A model generated the notes under the pieces. That model had not been told where the DNA came from and ran no database searches. It worked only from the letters and a program-made list of their open reading frames with translations. DNA of 63,772 bases, filler included, from Octopus bimaculoides (taxonomy: Eukaryota): NCBI RefSeq assembly GCF_001194135.2. It is 6 parts of 6 records of this genome, joined end to end, with 100 filler letters (N's around TTAATTAATTAA, not from the genome) between each part and the next. Parts side by side here need not be neighbours in the genome. Positions count along the whole stretch, not along the records: positions 1 to 22,239 come from NC_068997.1; 5 more parts are not named here. The stretch is one strand, 5' to 3'. This document shows, piece after piece, positions 1 to 14,459 of this stretch. The translations under genes were made by a program, and so were the position numbers. Numbering within the stretch: position 1 is the stretch's first letter; every line of letters begins with the position of its first letter.

Positions 1-96
1 ATACAGTACAGTACTGTTTCTACTTCGCGGATTTTCACCTATCGCCTGGGGGTGAGTTTGGAACGCAACCCTCGCGATAGTCGAGGGATTACTGTA
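1..96. mobile_element. End (TIR) of a Tigger/pogo-like DNA element
   Basis: CGCGATAGTCGAGGGATTACTG|TA is the reverse complement of a TA|CAGTAATCCCTCGACTATCGCG-type TIR, with a TA target at 95-96. Also carries a TTCACCTATCGC motif at 34-45. Confidence 0.6.
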
Positions 97-516
97 CATA
101 GATGTGTTCCGGTACGCACACACAAACGCTCACACATATATGCAAACCTGTGTGTATATGTGATTATAACTATGTCTGTCTATATATATTTATGCGTGCG
201 TATGTAGAAGTATGTGCATGCATTTGTACGTTAACGCACGTGACTTGTAATTAGGTTTATAGACACTTGAGAGTAAAATTGTGGTTTCGTTTCATACTCA
301 TNNNNNNNNNNATATATATATACACACACACACAAAATGCATACGCTCATACATTCATTCATACATAAATACATACGTACATACATACATTCATGCATAC
401 GTACATTCATGCATACATACATGCATGTATTCATGCATACATGCATACATGCATGCATACACACTCACATACATACATACATACATACATGCATACATAC
501 ATACGCATTCAATACG

Positions 517-660
517 CATTCAATCCGTCGCCATATCGCGTTTCACCTATCGCGGTTCACCTATCGCGGTTCACCTATCGCGGTTCACCTATCGCGTTTT
601 ATTATTTAAGCTTACGTCGATTCCACCGTGGTATTGTTTTGCATTTATAATAAAATAAAT
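517..660 (+). mobile_element. Start of a second Tigger/pogo-like copy with 4x 14-bp subterminal repeat
   Basis: Degenerate TIR CATTCAATCCGTCGCCATATCGCG followed by (TTCACCTATCGCGG)x4 at 542-597, the same motif as in 1-96. Confidence 0.5.
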
Positions 661-1296
661 ATATACAATTTATAAATATATATATATATATNNNNNNNNN
701 NNNNNNNNNNNNNNNNNNNNNNNNNNNNNNNNNNNNNNNNNNNNNNNNNNNNNNNNNNNNNNNNNNNNNNNNNNNNNNNNNNNNNNNNNNNNNNNNNNNN
801 NNNNNNNNNNNNNNNNNNNNNNNNNNNNNNNNNNNNNNNNNNNNNNNNNNNNNNNNNNNNNNNNNNNNNNNNNNNNNNNNNNNNNNNNNNNNNNNNNNNN
901 NNNNNNNNNNNNNNNNNNNNNNNNNNNNNNNNNNNNNNNNNNNNNNNNNNNNNNNNNNNNNNNNNNNNNNNNNNNNNNNNNNNNNNNNNNNNNNNNNNNN
1001 NNNNNNNNNNNNNNNNNNNNNNNNNNNNNNNNNNNNNNNNNNNNNNNNNNNNNNNNNNNNNNNNNNNNNNNNNNNNNNNNNNNNNNNNNNNNNNNNNNNN
1101 NNNNNNNNNNNNNNNNNNNNNNNNNNNNNNNNNNNNNNNNNNNNNNNNNNNNNNNNNNNNNNNNNNNNNNNNNNNNNNNNNNNNNNNNNNNNNNNNNNNN
1201 NNNNNNNNNNNNNNNNNNNNNNNNNNNNNNNNNNNNNATGCACTTACGCTCATTCATGAACACAAATTTATATGATTATATAGAAACATATCAATA

Positions 1297-1336
<40 letters not shown>

Positions 1337-2184
1337 CTCTTTATGTGCGTGTGTGCGTGTGTGTGCGTGTGTGTGTGTGCGTGTGTGTGTGCGTGTGCGT
1401 GCGTGTGTGTGTGATAGATCGCTAGCCACTACACAATCCTCTTTTCTCTCCTTGTTTCACTTCTTGTTTCTTTCCGTGTTACTTTTTGTGGAAGAGCATA
1501 GGCTCGAAATGTTAAAGACTTTTTCACTTCCCGAGCGTTATGCTAATACATCTGTTTCTTTTCTGCACCACCTGTCTTCGTCTTCTTTTTTTGTGAATTC
1601 TTCCCCTATGTATATATATGTGTGCGTGTGTGTGTGTGTGTGTGTATGTATACATACATACATACATACACCACACACACACACACACTTGCACATACAT
1701 ATGTGCATGGACACTGCGTAATCGAATGACATTCAGATCTACGTGCGTGCTCTCACGTGCTTTTGTATGAAACAGAATTATTTTCTCTGTATCCGTCTGT
1801 CTTATTCTTATCTTCCATAAGTTTCCCCTATACCGATTCATACAAAACCATTCACCGACATGCATAAAAACACCCACACGTACACGGACATGAATGTGAA
1901 AAACTCGTAATAATCCGATGCTCATTAAATATTTAGTTATCAATCACACAATTTCCTCTGTTTAATGACATAACTAGCAATATCCAATCCAATTAAAACG
2001 TTTGTTAAATTGTGTACGCCTGGAAGTGTAATATTCGTCTCTGAATATTATAAAACCTCCACTGACTACAGTCTTCTTGAGAAGACCACTCATATGGACG
2101 CATAATGCACGAAAGCACTATATTTTATCGTTCGCCGGGGCAAGAATCGTCTGCTATGGCGGTCGGAACTCAGAGATCATGTGA

Positions 2185-2632
2185 TTTCGACCTAAGCGGT
2201 CTTCTTAGTGGCATACGTTCGGTAACTGCAGACCAACCGAATCTCACTTGTTGTTGGCACTCCGTCACTTATGACGTCGAGGGTTCCAGTCGATCCGATC
2301 AACGGGACAGCCTGCTCGTGAAATTAACGTGCAAGTGATTGAGCACTCCACAGACACGTGTGCCCTTAACGTAGTTCTCGGGGATATTCAGCGTGACACA
2401 GTGTGACAAGGCTGACCCTTTGAATTACAGGCACAACAGAAACAGGAAGTAAGAGTGAGAGAAAGTTGTGGTGAAAGAGTACAGCAGGGTTCGCCACCAT
2501 CCCCTGCCGGAGTCTCGTGCAGCTTTAGGTGTTTTCGCCCAATAAACACCCACAACGCCCGGTCTGGAAATCGAAACCGCGATCCTATGACTGCGAGTCC
2601 GCTGCCCTAACCACTGGGCCATTGCGCCTCCA
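2185..2632 (-). mobile_element. Near full-length tRNA-derived SINE (family C) with (CAA) tail
   Basis: Minus strand starts GTGGAGGCGCAATGGCCCAGTGGTTAGGG (A box) ... GGTTTCGATTTCC (B box), followed by a body ending GGAGTGCCAACAACAA. A partial homolog lies at 36275-36425. Confidence 0.8.
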
Positions 2633-3455
2633 CCGAATCTCACTACCAACGACATAAAATTTTAGCATCTTTTCACGTATAGCTATAGCTTACGGTTATA
2701 CCTAACCTTCCTTCCAAACGATTATTGAATGACTTCGGATTTACAGTTTCTATGAATGGACTGCATATTTATTAAAATACGTTAATTGCTACCCTCATCA
2801 CGAGAGAAGTTTTTGTTGAGTAGGTCTTTTTCGCATAGAGTGCTGACTAAGTTATTGGTCTGGAATTTTTCTGTCCTTACTTTCATTCACTATGTATCTG
2901 TATTTTCGTGTATGTGAGTGCGCGCGCGTGTGTGTGTGTACGCTCGATCAATGAATATCAAGAATAAATCTAGTTGAACGTTATTTACAAATAAATACAC
3001 TAAACAAATATATTTTGCCACCATGACATAGATTCGTTTAATCTTAATATGTTTTGAGATTTCTTTCTTCTGTTTGGTCCAACAGTTACCTTTTCTTCTT
3101 TCTGTTTGTGTAATTTTTTTTACTGAAGCTGTTTAGAAAAAAAAATTGGGCAATACGCTGGCTTAAGAAAACATGTTAACTGATAAGAACTGTATGTAGT
3201 GATAATGATATTACACATGCTTTCAAAACGCAAAATGATAAAATACCCCACCCATCAGAATAAAAAAAAGGGGAGAAAGAAAATGATATAAATAAATGAA
3301 TAAATAAATAAATAACACTAATAGGAACAACACAACAATAAGAATAACAAAATGGAGAAATAGACGCGAGAGTTTATAATATTTAGTATACTTTAAGCAC
3401 GTGAATAGGGTTATTATTGATTACGCACACACACACATGTATGTCTATGTAAGTG

Positions 3456-3500
<45 letters not shown>

Positions 3501-3734
3501 ATGTATGTGTGTGCATGTGTTTAATATATATTTACATATATATATANNNNNNNNNNNNNNNNNNNNNNNNNNNNNNNNNNNNNNNNNNNNNNNNNNNNNN
3601 NNNNNNNNNNNNNNNNNNNNNNNNNNNNNNNNNNNNNNNNNNNNNNNNNNNNNNNNNNNNNNNNNNNNNNNNNNNNNNNNNNNNNNNNNNNNNNNNNNNN
3701 NNNNNNNNNNNNNNNNNNNNNNNNNNNNNNNNNN

Positions 3735-3767
<33 letters not shown>

Positions 3768-4678
3768 TGTGTGTGTCTGTGAGAGAGAGTGCAGTTGTGT
3801 GGATTTTATTGTATGTTTACGTGTGGGTATGTCTTGGTGGAGAAAATCATTAGACTTGAGAAAACGCCTCTTTCCTTCTCGCTTAAAAAGCGCATATATG
3901 CGTTGGAATTTACATGTGTGAGTGTGAGTGTGTGAGTGCACGTGTGCATGTGCGTGAGTATTTGAGTGAGAGAGAGAAATGTCGTGAGAGAGAGAAATGT
4001 CGTGAGAGAGAGACATACAATACATGAATATGTGTGTTTATGTGGTGAGGGTTATTCTGCGCATATACGTGCAAGTATGCGGCTCAATGCATTTCTCTGA
4101 ACATGTTAGCTTTATCTATTAAGCACTTGCTTAATCTAGAAGGAAGTACAATGCTTGTAGCCTTCGGTTACTCTCGAAACTCGTTGAGTTTTATGTGTTT
4201 AAGGTTTCTTTTGAAAATTTAGCTCGATTTGCAACCAAGCTGTTTTATGTTCTGTTCCACTGCGCGGAACATTGAGCAAGTGTATATCTATATATATCTA
4301 TATATATAATTACTGTAGTAGATTTATTGGACAAATTCCCTTAAAGTCCGTGCCCTGTCATGACTGAAACAATTTACAGATGATAATCTTTGAGTTAGGT
4401 ATTTACCAAGTACGAAGTAATAGTGAGAAATGATGGGTTGAATATGGAAGGAAACGTTTAAACTAAGGAGACAAAAAATGACGATTGAGGACGGAGAAAC
4501 TGTCTTGCATGGCATGCTAAGGAACCGATTCACCCTAAAGAAAAGCGGCCACGGAAGTTGCGGCACAAGAGACCGAGAGGGATGACAGCACGTTATATAT
4601 TGGCGTGTGAGTTTTTTTTTTTTTTTTTTTTGCAAATGTGCGCGTGTATTTCTGTGTATGCAATATGGGAATGTAATG

Positions 4679-4925
4679 CGGCGAGCTAGCAGAACCGTTT
4701 CAGCACGTCAGACAATCAGCTTAGCGCATTTCTTCCGTTTTTTTTTTTGACCTTCTGAGTTCAACTCCCACTGAGATGAGGTAACTTTGCTCTCCGTCAT
4801 GTTGAGGCCGATAAAATAAGTACCAATCAAGTACTGGAGTAGATGAAACCGACGGTTCCATCTCTCGAAAATTGCTGGCCTTGAATTCATTAATTGGAAG
4901 CGTCTTGTTCAGCGGGAATGTTGCG
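4679..4925 (+). mobile_element. Diverged SINE family A copy
   Basis: GCGAGCTAGCAGAACCGTT..GCATTTCTTCCG..TTCTGAGTTCAA..GATAAAATAAGTACC..GTACTGGAGTAGATG. Confidence 0.7.
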
Positions 4926-5265
4926 ATCTCAATCACTTACAAGCCATGGAATCCGAGTGACTGTCCCTTTTAGTCCTAAGGCTCGAAAAAAAAAGAAGAA
5001 AAAGAAAAAGAAAAGAGAGAATAGATATATCAATGTATGTTAATTAATGCATGTATATATACATATGATTATGAGTGCAATGTTGTATACGAATCAGAAT
5101 GTGCGCAGCGAATATATCTGTATAACTTTATATGATGCATACATACATCCGTGTATCTGTATGCGAGCGTTTGTGTGCATGCTTTCAGTTATATGACTTA
5201 TGTTCATACATGTTTCTAAATGAGGTGTACGTATATAAAAATATATACATACACAAGCCTATAAT

Positions 5266-5342
<77 letters not shown>

Positions 5343-6015
5343 TGTATGTATGTATATTCTCACAGATGCACATACATATATACGCACATGTATGTGTATG
5401 TATATTGGTGCATGTATATTTATGTGTGTGTGTGTGTGTGTATTTATTTCTACGTTTTTGTCTGTGTATATGTATGTATATTTTGTAAGTATATTTGTTA
5501 ATTTCTATATGTAAATACATCTTTGCGTGAGAGTGTTTGAACAGAGATTTATCCGCTCCAGTGTACAATTTATTTATACAGAATGTTTAACAAATGTCTT
5601 GATCTTTCAACAAATACGATTAAGGTGTGTTCTCTCTCTTGTATTTTCAATCTGTTCTGAGGGAGTGAGAGAGGGTGTTGTTTTATATCCGATGACAAAT
5701 TTAAACGCCCCGATTCAAGCAACAAATCTTGCTATAAATTTGTATGCCATCATCAGCCATTTGGGTCCTATTAGCTTTTGGATTCTTTTTACATTTTGTT
5801 TGTGTTTGTGTTTTCTTTTTACATTTAGGGATTTCGTTTTGAAGGAAAGATTTGGCTTATTTCATTTTTTTTTTCTTTCACTAGTACAAAAAGTCAAAAA
5901 GTATACATGCGTGTTCGTACGTGTGTATGCTCGCCTGTGTGTATGTGCATGTGTGTGCGTGTGTGTGTGTATTTTTGTGTGTGCATGCGTAAGCATGCTC
6001 GCATGTATGTATGTG

Positions 6016-6098
<83 letters not shown>

Positions 6099-6214
6099 TT
6101 AGATATTGCCGCCTTTCTATATCCAGGCTTTAACATGGTTTGAGGAACGACAAAACTGAAAACACATTCGGAAATACGAAGACCACCTTCTGAATCATGC
6201 AAATAGACCCCCAG

Positions 6215-6296
<82 letters not shown>

Positions 6297-6438
6297 GTAT
6301 ATGTATGTATATATAAGATATATACATATAGACAGAGAGAGTGCTAGAGAGAGGGAGAGAGGAGATATATATATATATATGTATAGGATATATACATATA
6401 TATATGTTATATACATATAATAAAATAATAATAATAAT

Positions 6439-6490
<52 letters not shown>

Positions 6491-6662
6491 GAAACAACTA
6501 GCATCATAGCATCATAATTTTGAAATATCTATAAACCAGTCAAAAGTTTGTTTATTTTTATGTTTTTTTTTTCATTTATTATTAGTGTTGCTTAATATGT
6601 TTTGATAAAATTGCTGTTTCTTTTCAGATATCATCAGGGAAAGGTAATAAAAATTCCTTAAA

Positions 6663-7468
6663 ATGACAAATCCGTCGGACTTTCAAAGAGGTCAAATTAT
6701 TCGTGCGTGTATGGCAGGCGCTAGCGTAACGAAAACAGCCGAAATGTTTGGTGTATCAAGAAGTACTGTCTCGAAAGTAATGACAGCCATTGAGAAAGAG
6801 GGAAAAACCTCCTGTTCGAAACAAAACTCCAGAAGAAAACCAAAACTTTCAGATAAGGACTATCGGACTCTTACGCGAATTGTTAGAAAGACAAAAGTAT
6901 AGCGACCAATATTAATGCAGAGCTTAATGAGCACTTCGAGAACTCAGTTTCCACAAAGACTGTTCGCCGCGAGCTGCACAAAGCCGGATTTCACGGGAGG
7001 GCTGCAATCAGAAGACCACTACTTTCGAAAACAAACGTTGCAAAGCATTTAGAGTGGAGTAAAAAAAACCCCTCCAGAATTGGTCCCTAGACCAGTGGAA
7101 GAAAGTTATTTTCTCAGTCGAGTCATCTTTTACCTTATTTCCGACCACCGGCCAAGTATACGTGTGGAGAGAGCCAAAGAAACCATTTGATCCAGACTGC
7201 ATTCTTCCAACAGTTAAACATAGAGGAGTATCTATGATGATCTAGGAGGGATACATCTTAGAAATCCGCCGGCCAAATGGCTTCCATTCATGGTTAAATT
7301 AATAGTCAAGATTATTTAACCTTTTAATCTGATCAAATTTTTCGTATGGTTGCGGAACTGTTTCCGGAGTGAAACGCAATCTTACAGGATGATAATGCAC
7401 CATCTCACACAGTTAAATGTGTTACTGAATGACAAGAGGAACATTCTAGTGAAGTTGAACATCTTATC
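6663..7468 (+). mobile_element. Tc1/mariner transposase relic, 3'-truncated
   Basis: MTNPSDFQRGQII..AGASVTKTAEMFGVSRSTVSKV (paired-like HTH), TVRRELHKAGFHGRAA.RRPLL, WKKVIFSVESSF (first catalytic D lost), PTVKH, LQDDNAPSH. Contains stops and frameshifts and breaks off just before WPxxSPDLN. Confidence 0.9.
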
Positions 7469-7571
7469 TGAAAAATTGTCTTCAATGCGGCTTTCCTTGA
7501 CACTCGAATACATTACACTAAACCGAAAATGGATAAAAACTGAATGCTTTTGGTTCCAACAAATCTAAAGT
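7469..7571 (+). repeat. Dispersed duplicate of 8988-9116
   Basis: TGAAAAATTGTCTTCAATGCGGCTTTCCTTGACACTCGAATACATTACAC..AACCGAAAATGGATAA..CTTTTGGTTCCAACAAA.CTAAAGT occurs at both sites. This copy has two internal deletions. Confidence 0.85.
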
Positions 7572-7619
7572 CACTGCACAAGCCACCAGTTATCCTTCAC
7601 ACATTCCGACGGGCAAACA

Positions 7620-7836
7620 CATGTCCATTGTGGTCTGTGTCGCGATCGTTCTGATTAGTGGTCGCAGCCATCATCATCATCGTCATTGATATAATTTTCA
7701 TCGTTGTTATTGTCTTCATCGTTGTCGTTGTGGCTGGCATCGTTGTTATGTTGCAGCAATGATTGTAGCGGTTATTATTGTTTTTGTTGTAGTGGTCGTA
7801 ACACTAGTCGTTATTGCCATGTTCACTATTATTTTG

Positions 7837-7871
<35 letters not shown>

Positions 7872-8040
7872 TGTTGTCTTTGTGTACCAATGGTCATAAT
7901 CCTCGTCATAGTCCTCGTCATAGTCCTCGTCATAGTCCTCGTCATAGTTAACGTAATGTTTATCATGCTCGTCGTGTCTCGCAGTAGTCTTCTTCGTTGT
8001 CATCATCGTGGTTGTTATGGTCGGCGTAACCATTATTTAT
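7620..8040. repeat. Compound trinucleotide mosaic including (GTC)n and 4x CCTCGTCATAGT
   Basis: Directly visible; the 12-bp unit lies at about 7900-7948. Confidence 0.8.
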
Positions 8041-8803
8041 AGCAGCTTTTACTTAAATTAGATTGATAACTTTCTCAGTAATTTGANNNNNNNNNNNNNN
8101 NNNNNNNNNNNNNNNNNNNNNNNNNNNNNNNNNNNNNNNNNNNNNNNNNNNNNNNNNNNNNNNNNNNNNNNNNNNNNNNNNNNNNNNNNNNNNNNNNNNN
8201 NNNNNNNNNNNNNNNNNNNNNNNNNNNNNNNNNNNNNNNNNNNNNNNNNNNNNNNNNNNNNNNNNNNNNNNNNNNNNNNNNNNNNNNNNNNNNNNNNNNN
8301 NNNNNNNNNNNNNNNNNNNNNNNNNNNNNNNNNNNNNNNNNNNNNNNNNNNNNNNNNNNNNNNNNNNNNNNNNNNNNNNNNNNNNNNNNNNNNNNNNNNN
8401 NNNNNNNNNNNNNNNNNNNNNNNNNNNNNNNNNNNNNNNNNNNNNNNNNNNNNNNNNNNNNNNNNNNNNNNNNNNNNNNNNNNNNNNNNNNNNNNNNNNN
8501 NNNNNNNNNNNNNNNNNNNNNNNNNNNNNNNNNNNNNNNNNNNNNNNNNNNNNNNNNNNNNNNNNNNNNNNNNNNNNNNNNNNNNNNNNNNNNNNNNNNN
8601 NATATATACATATATATGTATATATATTTGTGTGTGTGTGTGTGTATTTCTTTCGTCATGTAACACTTCTCTTATTGGTACTTTTGATGTGCCAGGTGCT
8701 CGAGCGATGAGAATCAGATTCATTTACGTACATATAAGCAAATATATATACATATACATGCATATATACATACCCACAGATTATATATATGTACGTATGT
8801 ACG

Positions 8804-8841
<38 letters not shown>

Positions 8842-9721
8842 TAGAGGCACGAAGGACAGATTGCTTGTCTAAATGAAAAACTGATCTTGTTATCTCTTAT
8901 CGGAAGTTCAAATTGGGGACTGTAAACAATGACATTGAGTTTATCATTTCCTGACGAGCGCTGTAAAAAGAAACCAATCTTTCGCCTTGAAAAATTGTCT
9001 TCAATGCGGCTTTCCTTGACACTCGAATACATTACACGAAACCTATAGCCTAACCGAAAATGGATAAGGACTGCACCTGAGGAACAGAATACTTTTGGTT
9101 CCAACAAAACTAAAGTGATTAATGCATATGTATGTGTTTATGTGCGTGTGTATAAATTCATGTGTATATATGTACGTGGTGATTGTATGCGTTGTTGTTT
9201 TTTTTTTAACCCGGGGCCGAAACTGACCGAGCAGAACATTCCAGTTGTGATCATCCTGTTATAATTTCTGTCTTAACAGCATGTACATCAAGTTTCACTA
9301 GGTAAGCTAATTATACTTTAGCGGTGGTTGGCAGTAAATTGAGGGAGATATAGCTGTTATTTCTCGTTTGTTGAAATACCATATACAAATTCCTTTGTCT
9401 TTGTAAGTAAATTATGTTTGTCTGTATGTGTGTGCGTGTTTGCATGTGCGACTAACATGCAAAATCTATTCATCAAAGAAAAAAAGAAATCATGTCGTAA
9501 TAAACATCATTTTTCCGTCTCCCATGACGATCTTGTAATTCTGCCCTAAATATACGCAAAATTTTGTAAACCCGAATAGGTTTGCACGCACCAGATAACG
9601 ACATTTAGAATGTCATAACCCCTACGAAAAGTTTATCGTGTTGGAATTGAGTCCTCAAATGTTGTACAATATTTATATTGGTTTAATCGACGTGAGCGTC
9701 ATTATTGTCACTATTATCAAT

Positions 9722-9972
9722 TATTTTGAGGAGGGGGGGGGAGTAAATGCATCAACCCCAGTGCTCAATTGGTACTTATCTTCATGACCGAAGGATGAAA
9801 ATTAGTCTACCTTTGAACTCAGAACGAAAAGNNNNNNNNNNNNNNNNNNNNNNNNNNNNNNNNNNNNNNNNNNNNNNNNNNNNNNNNNNNNNNNNNNNNN
9901 NNNNNNNNNNNNNNNGAAGAAATGCTTCTTAGCATTTTGTTCGCGCAGTAGTAATTCTGCTAAGTTCGCCGC
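9722..9972 (-). mobile_element. Diverged SINE family A copy spanning a gap
   Basis: CCCCAGTGCTCAATTGGTACTTAT..GAAGGATGAAA..TTTGAACTCAGAACG..GAAATGC..AGCATTTTG..ATTCTGCTAAGTTCGCCGC is the reverse complement of the family core. Confidence 0.7.
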
Positions 9973-10033
9973 TTGACGGCCATTACTGAAAATTATGCTG
10001 CGTTCGTGTATTCAAATTCTTTATCGTTATTAT

Positions 10034-10101
<68 letters not shown>

Positions 10102-10113
10102 TTGATGATGATG

Positions 10114-10179
<66 letters not shown>

Positions 10180-10431
10180 GTAATTACGCTATGGAAAGGT
10201 ACGAAGGAAACGAAATACAAGGCTTATTCTTAGTGACATGAACATTAAATTGACAAAAAGCCATTTCAAATTCTTAACCTAGCTTCAGGGGCAGTATTCA
10301 TCATGGTGTCATGTTATCTAGTGTACGTGTGTGTTTGTGTGTGTGTCAGTATGTCTATGGGTGTGTATATGCGTGTGCGTCTATCTATCTTTCTATCTAT
10401 CAGTCAGTCTGTTTGTCTCTCTGCCTGTCTG

Positions 10432-10511
<80 letters not shown>

Positions 10512-10520
10512 ACTATCTAA

Positions 10521-10567
<47 letters not shown>

Positions 10568-11249
10568 ACTATCTATCNNNNNNNNNNNNNNNNNNNNNNN
10601 NNNNNNNNNNNNNNNNNNNNNNNNNNNNNNNNNNNNNNNNNNNNNNNNNNNNNNNNNNNNNNNNNNNNNNNNNNNNNNNNNNNNNNNNNNNNNNNNNNNN
10701 NNNNNNNNNNNNNNNNNNNNNNNNNNNNNNNNNNNNNNNNNNNNNNNNNNNNNNNNNNNNNNNNNNNNNNNNNNNNNNNNNNNNNNNNNNNNNNNNNNNN
10801 NNNNNNNNNNNNNNNNNNNNNATATATATATATATACATCTTTATACATACATACATACATACATATATACATACGTATTTATTCGCGGTAACAACACTT
10901 TACCTATCTATCTGTAGGAACACGATACAACCAATTACAGGTAGGTTGCGGATTATCACAAAACAGGACAGAACAAGACAGGAAAAGCCCAGCAAGCTAA
11001 CACACCGACAACCAGTCAGGCCAACAATCCAGCATCCTAAGTAACAACAAGTTGTGTGTAATCTTCGTGAACGTTGTAAGACAATATGTCTGATTTATTA
11101 TTATTTTATATATATACATATATATATACACACACACATATATGCACATATACATATATTTATTTAGAGCTACGATCAGATTACTTTTTGACCTATCCGT
11201 TGAACTAACTGGAGATATCACCCCTCCGACTAGTACACTGGGTATCTCA

Positions 11250-11311
<62 letters not shown>

Positions 11312-11750
11312 TCATATATAAATGTACACATATATATGTGTGTGTATGTATGTATATATATATATATATGTGTGTCTGTGTGTAGGTGTCTTAGTAACTA
11401 CAGTAAGTAAATAAGTCCCTATTTATCATTTTCCTTTTAATTTTGTTGTCGTTGTTGTTGCTTTTGTTGTTTAGGCCCAGGTCAGCCCTGTATGATAAGA
11501 TGTTGTGATGAAAGGGAAGTACATCTATCAGAAACATACCGTCTCTTTGTCTCAATCGTACTGGATGTTTTCTATCTTGAAATTCGTCCTAACCGTGCAG
11601 ACATATGATCAGGGGTGAAGAGAGTTTCCAGTCCCTGACTGTCTTTAATATTTTTTGTTCGTAAGACCTAGCATAAATAGGATTACATTATTCAATATGT
11701 CTTTCTTAGATTTCTTTTTGCTTCGAGAGTGAGCGAGCGAGTGAGAGTAA

Positions 11751-11806
<56 letters not shown>

Positions 11807-12757
11807 GAGAAGGAAGGAAGGAAAGAAAGAGAGTAAGAAAGAAAAGAAGAAAGAAAGAGTAAGTTAGATTTGGCTACTATTTCTAGCGACCACATAAAGG
11901 GCTCCCTCATCGTATTGTTTGTGTTGTTATACTTAAGTCTTGAACGATCAGATCTCACATCAAAGACAATCCAGTTATGAACATTCCGCCTTAAATATTG
12001 AAGGGTCATGTATAGCATACTGAACTTCCCTTTCAAATCACTAGTATAAAGTTATCTAATATTCATATACACACTCATATGTATAAGATATATATATATA
12101 TATATCAGATAGGAGAATCATTTAAGGAGCTGGTTATAATAGCTTGCAAAGCTCTGTGCACTCCGGATTCATTTCCCAACGAAAACGGTAAATATAGTAA
12201 TTGATTTTTACACCCTCTCTTCTCCCTCGAAATCTGCTACGTAAAGTGGTCAAGAAATTACCATTCACTTGGCAAAATCCTATCGACGCTGTTCTGTGAA
12301 CACAAGAAAGAAATCTAATTTTCAAGGTTTTACTGTTACGAGCATAGAAAATTTGGACATACCCCAGTGAACGCCCACCCGACATTTTTGTATTGGGTCG
12401 CTAACAGACACACTCATTTTTGCATGAGTGTAGGGTATTGATTTAAGGTAATGATTTGGTTCCTTTTTACTAGCAATCCGACAACCACGTAGCGGTCTCC
12501 TCGTTGGCTCATTGGTGTTATTGCTTCAAGAAAGGTTGACTCTCGTATCACTTTTGAGTTTTGTCTTTGATGCTGGGTCAGAGAAAGTGGGTAAGCCCCT
12601 TTCTCTGCAAGAGAGCAGAACAGAGTAGGTTTTATGACAATTGAAGGAGGATTTAATAAGAAGTGAAATGGAAGGGGTTGTACAAGGCGCAGGAAATAAG
12701 GAATTGGTAATAGGAAATCTAAGCAGGGCCCATGAAAAGAAAAAAAAGGGTTGTGAA

Positions 12758-12799
<42 letters not shown>

Positions 12800-14459
12800 N
12801 NNNNNNNNNNNNNNNNNNNNNNNNNNNNNNNNNNNNNNNNNNNNNNNNNNNNNNNNNNNNNNNNNNNNNNNNNNNNNNNNNNNNNNNNNNNNNNNNNNNN
12901 NNNNNNNNNNNNNNNNNNNNNNNNNNNNNNNNNNNNNNNNNNNNNNNNNNNNNNNNNNNNNNNNNNNNNNNNNNNNNNNNNNNNNNNNNNNNNNNNNNNN
13001 NNNNNNNNNNNNNNNNNNNNNNNNNNNNNNNNNNNNNNNNNNNNNNNNNNNNNNNNNNNNNNNNNNNNNNNNNNNNNNNNNNNNNNNNNNNNNNNNNNNN
13101 NNNNNNNNNNNNNNNNNNNNNNNNNNNNNNNNNNNNNNNNNNNNNNNNNNNNNNNNNNNNNNNNNNNNNNNNNNNNNNNNNNNNNNNNNNNNNNNNNNNN
13201 NNNNNNNNNNNNNNNNNNNNNNNNNNNNNNNNNNNNNNNNNNNNNNNNNNNNNNNNNNNNNNNNNNNNNNNNNNNNNNNNNNNNNNNNNNNNNNNNNNNN
13301 NNNNNNNNNNNNNNGAATTTTTGCCTCTTTGATGATGCCGCTTCTTAATATAGACGAAAACCATCGGAGGGCGATTATCTCCCTTTTTGTAGCATTTGTT
13401 GCTTTTCTTTTGCTCTATTAATATCCCATATCCGCCTAATTCGAGCAGATATATGACTAATGGCGTTCCATCCGTGTGAAGAAAAGTAATTATGTGTTGT
13501 TTTCTTTCTTCTTTTTTTTTTCCAGACATCAAGGGCGTTGCTGTTGCATCGCTTGCAGACACCATGGACTATCTATGACCACTCGATACATTTGGATTCT
13601 ACCACTAAAAAATTACTCTTCAGTCTTACAAGCGTTTTGTCTCTTCTCTTCGTCTTTTCTACCCCTACTACAACGGTCTAACTTCCTTGATGTTGAATAC
13701 TTCCCGTCTCCACTACTCAACTATTTATCTCCCTCTCCCTCGTTACCTTTGACTCCGACAATTCGTTGAGCATGCCCTAATTTTAGTCTCTTTCCTTCTT
13801 CCCCAGAAAAATCGACTCTCTGGAAACTCTCTGCAGACATTGTCCCATAACTTTTAAAAGGGATGTTAACGATATCAAGCCCACTGGTCTCGAAAGGTTT
13901 GCAAAAGTCTTGCGTTCTTCCTTATCCTCCACAGTTGGAAAAATAAATAATCACCTCATCATAATGTGATGTAGTCTTCCCCTTTTAAAGATATTTTTAA
14001 AGTGTCTGATTTGAGGTACAATTTGCCTTCTTTCTCGCATACATGAAGCTGGTTACACTGGAGCAAAGGGAAATGAAGTATTTCTGTGAAGAAGAAAACG
14101 CACCGCCCAGTCCGAAAATCATAACGGCGATCTTTCGATTGAGAGAGCAACACACCTAACAACTAGGCTACACGTCTTCACCTAAAGCTAATGTTGGCAC
14201 TGAAATGACAATAGAATTTAGCACGAGGGTACACGAATCATTATGTAACAGCAATTACGATCGTTCAGCGAGCAAATCTCAATTTTCGCGCTAGATGTCG
14301 CTGCACACACAGAGAATTATTTTAGAATAATGTTAAGAATAATACATTTATATGCCTATCAAAATATAATTTATTGAACTATATTTTCTTGTGCGTTCTA
14401 CAGAGGTTTATATGCATGTAAGGCTGGTTTATATATATATATATATATATATATAAATA

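Noticed and set aside
2560-2632. tRNA genes at SINE heads (also ~15100-15178, ~16850-16930)
   Set aside because: A and B boxes are present, but they continue into SINE bodies and lack a complete cloverleaf.
7746-8033. Acidic YDED-repeat / Thr-rich mini-protein
   Set aside because: Derived from a trinucleotide mosaic and a 12-bp repeat, with no splice or homology support.
12414-13940. Coding-like sequence on both sides of the 12800-13314 gap
   Set aside because: All frames are interrupted and I could not recognise RT, endonuclease or host motifs; left unclassified.
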